The notes beneath the pieces were generated by a model, which did no database searches, had not been told where the DNA came from, and saw only the letters and a list, made by a program, of their open reading frames with translations. From Eledone cirrhosa (Eukaryota), in NCBI GenBank assembly GCA_964016885.1, contig OZ024743.1, positions 75,578,001 through 75,642,000 on the forward strand: a stretch of DNA of 64,000 nucleotides, given 5' to 3'. A program made the translations under genes and the position numbers. Below are positions 55,215 to 64,000 of the stretch, one piece after another (the first letter of the stretch is position 1; every line of letters begins with the position of its first letter).

Positions 55215-56390
55215 CTCTGTAAAGTGGTGTGTAGGTGTCATGACAAAAGCACCCAGTCCACACTGTAAAGTGGTTGTGTAGGTGTCATGACAAAAGCACC
55301 CAGTACACACTGTAAAGTGGTTTGTAGGTGTCATGACAAAAAGCACCCAGTCCACACTGTAAAGTGGTTGTGTAGGTGTCATGACAAAAGCACCCAGTAC
55401 ACACTGTAAAGTGGTTTGTAGGTGTCATGACAAAAAACACCCAGTACACACTGTAAAGTGGTTTGTAGGTGTCATGACAAAAAACACCCAGTACACACTA
55501 TAAAGTGGTTATGTAGGTGTCATGACAAAAAACACGCCGTACACACTATAAAGTGGTTGTGTAGGAATCATGACAAAAAAACACCCAGTACACACTGTAA
55601 AGTGGTTGTGTAGGTGCCAAGACAAAAAGCACCCAGTACACACTATAAAGTGGTTGTGTAGGTCTCATGACAAAAAGCACCCAGTACACACTGTAAAGTG
55701 GTTGTGTAGGTGTCATGACAAAAAACACTCAGTACACACTGTAAAGTGGTTGTGTAGGTGTCATGACAAAAAGCACCCAGTACACACTATAAAGTGGTTG
55801 TGTAGGTGTCATGACAAAAAGCACCCAGTACACACTATAAAGTGGTTGTGTATCTGTCATGACAAAAAGCACTCAGTACACACTGTAAAGTGGTTGTGTA
55901 GGTGTCATGACAAAAAACACCCAGTACAGACTGTAAAGTGGTTGTGTAGGTGTCATGACAAAAATCACCCAGTACACACTATAAAGTGGTTGTGTAGGTG
56001 TCATGACAAAAAACACCCAGTACACACTGTAAAGTGGTTGTGTAGGTGTCATGACAAAAAGCACCCAGTACACACTATAAAGTGGTTGTGTAGGTGTCAT
56101 GACAAAAAGCACCCAGTACACACTGTAAAGTGGTTGTGTAGGTGTCATGACAAAAAACACCCAGTACACACTGTAAAGTGGTTGTGTAGGTGTCTTGACA
56201 AAAAGCACCCAGTACACACTGTAAATAAGGTTGGTGTTAGGAAGGACATCCAGCCGTAGAAATCAAGCCCAAACCAGTTCTGTATGAGTAAGACACCATC
56301 ACCTGGCCTGACTTGTCTCATAATAGGACAACTTGTCTAACCCATGCTAGCGTGGAAAGATGGATGTTACACAGTGATGATGGTGATGAT
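55215..56390 (+). mobile_element. SINE family A copy with about 21 tandem 48-bp units (55215-56225)
   Basis: Unit AAAGTGGTTGTGTAGGTGTCATGACAAAAAGCACCCAGTACACACTGT runs directly into GGTTGGTGTTAGGAAGGACATCCAGCCGTAGAAA and the tail. Confidence 0.9.
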
Positions 56391-56582
56391 ACCAGCATAA
56401 AGTTTTCTAAACATGAGGCTGTACCATTGAAACGTGTGTGTGTGTAGGGAAGGATTGATTAGATTCCCCCACCTCCTGCAACAGATCACTTAATAGATAT
56501 TTAGGGGAAGAATTTCATATTTTTTGTCAAAACAAAACTTATAGGGTTTAAACATACAAAATGCCTGGAAGTCAAACATTAC

Positions 56583-57125
56583 ATACCATACTCTGAACGC
56601 CTTGCTTCCCTGGGCATGGATACATTGAAGCTCCGATGCCTGGCAACTGACTTGGTAAACACCCACAAAATTATTAACCATCTTGCCAACAACAACCCTG
56701 AGTATCTTTTTGATTTCCATGTGTCTAACACACGTGGGCATGCCAAGAAAGTCAGAAAGCAGCACAGCTCCCATGACTTTTGGAAACATTTTTTCAAGCT
56801 CAGAGTTGCTGAAGCATGGAACAAACAACCTGCATCAGTTGTTAGCTGAGACACTGCATCCTTTAAAACCTCCATGGAACAAACTACCTGCATCAGTTAT
56901 TAGCTGTCGAGACACTGCATCCTTTAAAACCTCCTGGCTTCCTGAGATTTGCCAACACTACACCTAATATTCCCACTCCATACACATGCACACATGTATA
57001 TCATGACTCATACACTATTCACTTCTCTGACATTTGTATATTATTCTATGTACTAAACATGCACCTTTGATGAGTTGTAGTGCACCTGAGCACTGTACAC
57101 AATAATTTCATTATTATTTATTATA
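56583..57125 (+). mobile_element. CR1/L2-like LINE 3' fragment with two 61-bp units
   Basis: PYSERLASLGMDTLKLRCLATDLVNTHKIINH...HFFKLRVAEAWNK; (ATT)n tail. Confidence 0.9.
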
Positions 57126-57713
57126 ATATTCTGTTTTTTACTCCTTTTTCTCTTCCATATACAAGTTCGGAGCATCCACATTAATCTACCAATCAGATGA
57201 GTTCATCATTTTCTTCAATTATATTTCATTCAGTTTGCTTAGTGACGCCAGCAACCACAGGGCTGCTTCTGAAGACATAACCTGAAAAATATACCTAAAT
57301 AGGGAAGGAGATATTTATTATTTTTTTCTTTCTTTCTTTTTCTTTTAAAGTTGAAATACTCGCAACTTTTATTCAGCCCAGGTTCTGCTGCCTGCCAAGC
57401 TGAAGAGGGCAAACTGTCCAAGTATCGACCGCTCTCAGATAGATTTGAGGTTGAGCTTGGTGCAGTGGAGACCTCCGGTGTTCTTGACACCCCTGGACTA
57501 CATCCCTACTCACTGCTAACGGAGCAGGGTTGGCTGCCAGCTGATGTGAGCCCCACAAGGTGTTGTGGCTGTTCCAGCACGTCTCCCTTGCCATCCTCCA
57601 GTCCCATGTATTCTCCATCCTGTCGGCCAGGACCACGAAGAAAAGGGTTAGTTGCAGGTGGAGGATACTTGTTCCAATGTCCTTTTCTCTCTCTTCCTTT
57701 AAAATTATTTATA

Positions 57714-57812
57714 CAGGGTGTCCCAAACAAATGCATATACAATTCAACAGCCTTCTAATAAATATTGCCTGTACAAGTAATCAAAGTGTGTATACATTTT
57801 TGGGACATCCTG
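57714..57812. mobile_element. Tc1/mariner-type MITE, 99 bp
   Basis: TA|CAGGGTGTCCCAAA...TTTGGGACATCCTG|TA: terminal inverted repeats with TA on both sides. Confidence 0.8.
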
Positions 57813-57894
57813 TATATATACTTTTCACACACATTTTCACTCCATCCATTATCTTTATAACTCTCTTCCATACTAACAGACTGACATCCACATT

Positions 57895-58080
57895 ACAATA
57901 CAAGGCCAGTAATTTGGGGGGAGGAGAAAGTCGATCAAATCGACCCCAGTACACTACTTTATCGACCCCGTAAGGGTGAAAGGCAAAGTTAACCTCGGCA
58001 GGATTTGAACTCAGACCGTAAAGGGACGTAACTCTATGCTGCAAAGCATGGCGTCTGACTCTCTACCGATACTGCCAATT
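57895..58080 (-). mobile_element. SINE family B copy
   Basis: Similar to 12290-12455. Confidence 0.78.
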
Positions 58081-58707
58081 ACAAATATAATGCACAAAAT
58101 ATGGTCAAAACGAGAGGAAAAAGACAGAACAGAAAAAAAAAAAATGACCACCAATTCACCAAGTGCGACAAATCGGTCACACACCACATCACAAGGGTCA
58201 ACAGAATATTTTGAAGCAAGCCAACACGCTGACAGCATTACGGCGAGTGATTGCGAGGCTAACGTACTGAAATAACCAAGAGCACCCTCACGGGTATCAC
58301 CTGACACCTCAGTAAGGTGAACCCCCAGTGGTGACACGAACATCGTTATGAGCGGCCCAACTCCACCAAAAGTCACAGACTGGAGAAAATAGTTAATTTA
58401 GCATAACAAATATGTTTTAAATATATACATACATTACAAATGCTTAGATAACATTATAAATTGCTCGGGATTCTTTCAGAAAGATATATTCTTTTAATGT
58501 TACAATATTAAAGAAAATGTAAAGGAAGAGGTGAACAACGGAGCCAACACCAGAGCAAAAGACAGCAGCGAGGAGTACTGGGCAACCTCTCTAATGATTT
58601 TTGAGGCAAGTCAGCACACTCGCAGTGTTACCTCGGGTGATGGCGAGGCTAATGCGCTGGAACAATTTATTTTATATAGTAGTTGGTGAACAAACGCATT
58701 ATTGGTT

Positions 58708-59059
58708 ACTTTCAGGTCTCGAATAATCATCTTACCCCTGCTTATTCAGACCCCCTCCCCCGCTCTTATTTCACCCCACCCCCGCTTATTAAATCTCGCT
58801 ACTCTATCTCCGGCAAAATATTATTTTAAGTGGTAGCATTCCTGCGACTATTAACTCCCTTTAGACATTAAAAACATTATACATGACAAAAAAGTACATT
58901 ACAAGAAATCCCATATGTTATAGAATAAATAGGATGGGTTGGGGTCTCAATATGTAAACTAAACGACATATTCTGGTTTTTAAAAAAAATCAACGGAGAC
59001 AACCTATAATAAAAATTATTGACCCCCCCCCCCCCCCCATTATTTGGGACTCGAGGTTA
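58708..59059. mobile_element. MITE-like element with degenerate TIRs
   Basis: Left TACTTTCAGGTCTCGAATAA vs right (reverse complement) TAACCTCGAGTCCCAAATAA; right part is homologous to 13753-13963. Confidence 0.5.
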
Positions 59060-59889
59060 CGTGTTTTCAATGAGTCAGTCATTTGCTCATAACATTTCTG
59101 AAAACAAGAGCGTCAAGAATGGCTAGAATTCGATGCAGAACAAATATTGCAAGGGATTTCATACGAGAAACACCGTTTTTCGACCCCATAAATTTATAGA
59201 TCACTATCCATCCCACGTTCGATGGAAAAATAATTTTTCATATATTTATTTTTGCGTGTGTTTTCAAAACATCTGACCTCCAAACCCATCGGAATGGATC
59301 CGTTGTTTAGAAAATGAGATTTCCCGACAGATTTGGTAGAGTTGTTGAAAACATAACAAATAGAAAAAAAAAAAAAATAATAATAAAGGAAAACAATAAT
59401 TAAAAACAATTAAGTGAGAAAAAGAAAATTAGTTATAATTTCTCAACACTAGTATTCAGCGTTCTTGGCCCCCGGAGCACATCCCTACTCACTTCGGAAT
59501 GGAGTTGGCTGACCGTAGTTGTGAGCTCCGTGAGGTAGAGTGGCTGTACCAACGTGTTTCCATCGCTGTCCTCTGCGACAATGTATTCTCCATCCTATCA
59601 GCCGGGACCCAGAGATAAGTTAGTTGGAAGTGAAAGATACTTGTTCGAACGTCACACATTTCCTCTTCTCACCTCACTTTCACTCACTCGATAACTAGTA
59701 AACAAACAAACAAACAAAAAAAACCTACTTATATTTCTAAGTAAAAATTTATTCACAGTTGTGTGAAAAAAAAGAAATATAATAATACAATACTTACAGA
59801 ACGAAAGCACAAACAAATATAATATAAAGGAAAGGGAAAGGGAGAACAGAAAAGAAAGTGGAAAAGAAAGGGAAAAGAAAAGAAAAAAA

Positions 59890-60890
59890 ACACAGAAGCA
59901 GGTAGCACACACATCTAGGACCACCTACAACACAGAAGCAGGTAATACACACACCAGGGACCACATACAACACAGAAGCAGGTAATACACACACCTGGGA
60001 CCACATACAACACACAAGCAGGTAGTACACACATCTAGGACAACACACAACACACAAGCAGGTAATACACACACCAGGGACCACATACAACACAGAAGCA
60101 GGTAATACACATCTAGGACCACATACAACACACAAACAGGTAGTACACACATCTAGGTCCACATACAACACACAAGCAGGTAATACACACATCTAGGACC
60201 ACATACAACACACAAGCAGGTAGTACACACATCTAGGTTCACATACAACACACAAGCAGGTAATACACACATCTAGGACCACATACAACACACAAGCAGG
60301 TAGTACACACATCTAGGTCCACATACAACACACAAGCAGGTAATACACACACCAGGGACCACATACAACACACAAGCAGGTAGTACACACATCTAGGTCC
60401 ACATACAACACACAAGCAGGTAATACACACACCAGGGACCACATACAACACACAAGCAGGTAGTACACACATCTAGGTCCACATACAACACACAAGCAGG
60501 TAATACACACATCTAGGACCACATACAACACACAAGCAGGTAGTACACACATCTAGGTCCACATACAACACACAAGCAGGTAATACACACATCTAGGACC
60601 ACATACAACACACAAGCAGGTAGTACACACATCTAGGTCCACATACAACACACAAGCAGGTAATACACACACCAGGGACCACATACAACACACAAGCAGG
60701 TAGTACACACATCTAGGACCACATACAACACACAAGCAGGTAGTACACACATCTAGGTCCACATACAACACACAAGCAGGTAATACACACATCTAGGACC
60801 ACATACAACACACAAGCAGGTAGTACACACATCTAGGACCACATACAACACACAAGCAGGTAATACACACATCTAGGTCCACATACAACA
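59890..60890 (+). repeat. 40-bp minisatellite, about 25 copies, with 80-bp dimeric alternation
   Basis: Unit ACACAAGCAGGTA(A/G)TACACACATCTAGG(A/T)CCACATACAAC. Confidence 0.95.
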
Positions 60891-61669
60891 AAAGGCAGGC
60901 GAAAGATGCGGACAACCGAGCCGCTATCAGAGCAAAAGATAACAGTATCGCGAGGAGCACTAGGAAACCTTTCTAATAGTTTTTGAGGCAAGCCAGCACG
61001 GTCGCAGCGTTACCTCGAGTGATAGCGAGGCTGAGGAGCTGGAACAACCAAGCACCATCACCAGTTACCTCTGTTAGGCCAGCCGCCAGTGAAGATAAGA
61101 ATCACGTAGTCAGTAGCCCGACTCCCCAAACGTCTCGAACGCCACAGGCTGGAAAATGTTCTCTCCCCTTCACAATTTATTTCTTTGTCTCGTAGTCCTT
61201 GCCCTTCCCTTTCCTCTCATTTATGACATTTATAGTCCTTTCCAATACTGCACTCTTTTTCTCTATGTTTATATAACCCTGCTACAAAATAAAATATTGA
61301 CGAGTTATGACAGTCCAAGGGAAATAACTGTGTAACTTTCACTGAATTATTCTGTCAAACGTCACAATGTTTTCTCTCATACTGTGTTACAGCGATGTTA
61401 TTATGTTGACCGACTGTTGTCGTGTGTAGAGCAGATCAAGTTATCAATGGAATCAATTATGAGGAACACTCAACCGTCTTTCTAACTGGAAAGGGCAGAA
61501 AGTGTTTCGTTGTCTGTTGGCAATTGGTTGTATGGTGGACAGTATTGAGAAGACTGAAGACGAACATATTTCTATTTTCTCAAGGTCTTATCGATTTTTT
61601 TCAAATTCCATTTGAAACGAAAGGTGATAGTAGAGAGGGAAGTACTCTACTCCGATGAATTTTACAAAA

Positions 61670-62056
61670 GATGGGTGTTGGTATGGACACGTGATGCACA
61701 TGGACAATGACCGCCAGGAAATCCCAGTAGAAGGAAGCCCCAGTAGAGGTAGACCGAGAAAGATCTGGGCAGAGGAGGTGTGCAGGAGATAAGACGGCGT
61801 TGGTATGAACATGTGATGCGTATGAACAATGATCAATGGATGAAGAAATGCCGGGAGATCCCAGTAGAAGGAAGCTGCAGTAGAGGTAGACCGTGAAAGA
61901 CCTGGGCAGAGGAAGTGAGAGCTGACCTCAAATCACAGATTCATAGAAGTAATGGCAAAGAAACATGGCGAGTGGAAAGATGCTGTGCTGAGAAGGACTC
62001 GTCCAACCCATGCAAGTGTGGAAACACGGACGTAAAAACGACGATGATGATGATGT
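61670..62056 (+). mobile_element. RTE LINE 3' end with partial internal duplication and (GAT)n tail
   Basis: WYGHVMHMD...SRGRPRKIWAEE-type segment occurs twice; tail CCAACCCATGCAAGTGTGGAAACACGGACGTAAAAACGACGATGATG. Confidence 0.8.
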
Positions 62057-62304
62057 CACACGCTATGGTTGTATGAGTTTGGTCCTTAAGAGAAGTGGAT
62101 ATATCAGCCTCACAAGCCTGCTCAGATGTTTCCAATTGTCAGGCAGGTACCAACTGGGTTTCCTGAATGTACCAGTGTAGACATGTAGTAACCACAGTGA
62201 GTTGTTCAGTGAGTTGTTAGAGTTTTCGTTAGGTTAACAGCTAAAGACAGCATTGGGTGGCCTTAATTTCAACGGAGGTTTGCACCGACCACCAAGATAG
62301 GACA

Positions 62305-62538
62305 CAGACAGGGGCCCAGTTACACTGGAAGGGAGGCAGGGGTCCAGTTACTGGAACAGAGGCAGGGGCCCAGTTACTGGAACGGAGGCAGGGGTCCAGT
62401 TACTGGAATAGAGGCAGGGGTCCAGTTACTGGAACAGAGGCAGGGGCCCAGTTACTGGAACAGAGGCAGGGGCCCAGTTACTGGAACAGAGGCAGGGGTC
62501 CAGTTACTGGAACAGAGGCAGGGGTCCAGTTACTGGAG
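62305..62538 (+). repeat. 26-bp minisatellite, about 9 copies
   Basis: Unit GGAACAGAGGCAGGGG(T/C)CCAGTTACT. Confidence 0.9.
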
Positions 62539-62789
62539 GCTGAACATATTTTACCCAGCACACAAAGACTTCAGAAACCAGATCAGTGGATTAGTTAAAA
62601 GACAATTGAGGGGAGCGATCACCAACAATTGGAGGTGGGGCGCTCTGAAGAGAACCTCCAGAGTAGAGTTGATAAGAAGTAGCAATAGAGAAACATAGAC
62701 TAGAAGGTGAGCCAGTAAGCAGATTAGAAAAGATATCTTGACTGACTCATCAACTCCTAGTTTTCTAAGACACTGCCAGAAGAAGAAGA

Positions 62790-62985
62790 AGGTAAAAAAG
62801 CAGTACAGCTTCTATGACTGTCGGAAACATTTTTTCTTGCTCAGAGTTGCTGAAGCATGGAACAAACTACATGCATCAGTTGTTAGCTGTCGGGAGACTA
62901 GAGTTGGTGATTTACACGATAAACGCACACAGGACACACTGTAAAGTAGTTGGTGATAGGAAGGACATCCAGCTGTAGAAATCTT
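62790..62985 (+). mobile_element. CR1/L2-like fragment joined to a SINE family A fragment
   Basis: RKHFFLLRVAEAWNKLHASVVSCR followed by ACACACTGTAAAGTAGTTGGTGATAGGAAGGACATCCAGCTGTAGAAA. Confidence 0.65.
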
Positions 62986-63057
62986 GCGAAACAAAAGTTT
63001 GGGAGGACCCTCAGTTGTATCAAAGAAATGACATCCTCCCTGAGAACTCGATAGAAT

Positions 63058-63722
63058 GTGAAACTGCACATAGCTATGGTACGGCCACACTTAGAGTTTG
63101 CATCACCAGTCTGGAACCCCTATCTTGTTCAGAACATTGACTGCCTGGAAACTGTTCAGAGACGTGCAACCAAGCGAATACCCTCCATCAGGCATCTACC
63201 ATACTCTGAACGCCTTGCTTCCCTGGGCATGGATACATCGAAGCTCCAACGCCTGGCAACTGACTTGGTAAACACCCACAAGATTATTAACCATCTTGCC
63301 AACAACAACCCTGAGTACCTTTTTGAATTTCATGTGTCTAACACAAAGTCAGAAAACAGCACAGCTCCCATGACTTTCGGAAACATTTTTTCAAGCTCAG
63401 AGTTGCTGAAGCATGGCACAAACTACCTGCATCGGTTGTTAGCTGTCGAGACACTGCATCCTTTAAAACCTCCATGGAACAAACTACCGGCATCTGTTGT
63501 TAGCTGTCGAGACACTGCATCCTTTAAAACCTCCACGCTTCCTGAGATTTGCCAACACTACACCTAATACACACGCACACATGTATTTCATGACTCATAC
63601 ACTATTCACTTCCCTGACATTTATATATTATTTTATGTACTATATATGCACCTTTGATGAGTTGTAGTGCACCTGAGCACTGTACACAATAATTTCATTA
63701 TCATTATTATTATTATTATTAT
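63058..63722 (+). mobile_element. 5'-truncated CR1/L2-group LINE: RT C-terminus (frameshifted), 3' UTR and (ATT)n tail
   Basis: MVRPHLEFASPVWNPYLVQNIDCLETVQRRATKRIP...PYSERLASLG is typical of CR1/L2-group ORF2 C-termini; two 61-bp units; TGCAC...GTGCA stem-loop at 63647-63671. Confidence 0.9.
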
Positions 63723-63856
63723 AAGTGAGACGACAGATCCCTGGCTTGTCTGGGAAATCTGTTGCCACCGCTTCAGTACTGACTACGTCTGTATGGAGCA
63801 AGCAGTTCAACCCTTGCTGGTACAGAAAGTGGACGTTAAAATGACGTCAAAACGTC

Positions 63857-63973
63857 ATGGTGATGATGATGATGATGATGATGATAACGATGATGATGAT
63901 GGTGGTGGTGGTGGTGATGGTGACGGTGATGGTGATGGTGATGGTGATGGTGATGGTGATGATGATGATGATG
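63857..63973 (+). repeat. (GAT)n/(GATGGT)n microsatellite expanded from an RTE/SINE-type tail
   Basis: Preceded by CAACCCTTGCTGGTACAGAAAGTGGACGTTAAAATGACG. Confidence 0.8.
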
Positions 63974-64000
63974 AATGTAAAAAAAACAAAAAAAAACAAC

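Noticed and set aside
55570-56259. Cys/His-rich 229-aa ORF as a zinc-finger or heme-binding protein
   Set aside because: It is the 48-bp SINE-internal tandem repeat; the same unit occurs out of frame and in other SINE copies.
59652-60792. Cys/Val-rich minus-strand ORFs
   Set aside because: Translations of the 40-bp minisatellite and an A-rich tract.
61550-61630. CTGAAGA...GAAAC as another hammerhead
   Set aside because: No convincing helix I, II or III pairing could be drawn.
63645-63690. TTGATGAG in the LINE 3' UTR as a hammerhead core
   Set aside because: No GAAA half or compatible helices; better explained as a LINE 3' stem-loop.

Overview
Eukaryotic (animal) genomic DNA that is almost entirely repetitive. 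The repeat landscape (abundant (TA)n/(CA)n tracts, RTE- and CR1/L2-type LINE relics, SINEs with RTE-like tails) suggests a mollusc such as an octopus; this is an inference. The only convincing host gene is a large minus-strand coding exon of FBXO45/Fsn (F-box + SPRY, 3154-3807), whose last exon was not found in the window. About 37 kb (14650-51570) is one nearly G-free satellite made of 28-bp and 14-bp units with visible higher-order structure. The rest is decayed LINEs, SINEs, MITEs, a hAT-type element carrying a nested Helitron, and several minisatellites. The most interesting observations are (i) a type I hammerhead-ribozyme fold embedded in (TA)n at 1821-1910 plus a 100-bp perfect palindrome centred on a hammerhead-like stem, both suggestive of Penelope-like/retrozyme relics, and (ii) several minisatellites that demonstrably arose inside three different retroelement families. 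Repeat boundaries and copy numbers were estimated by eye.
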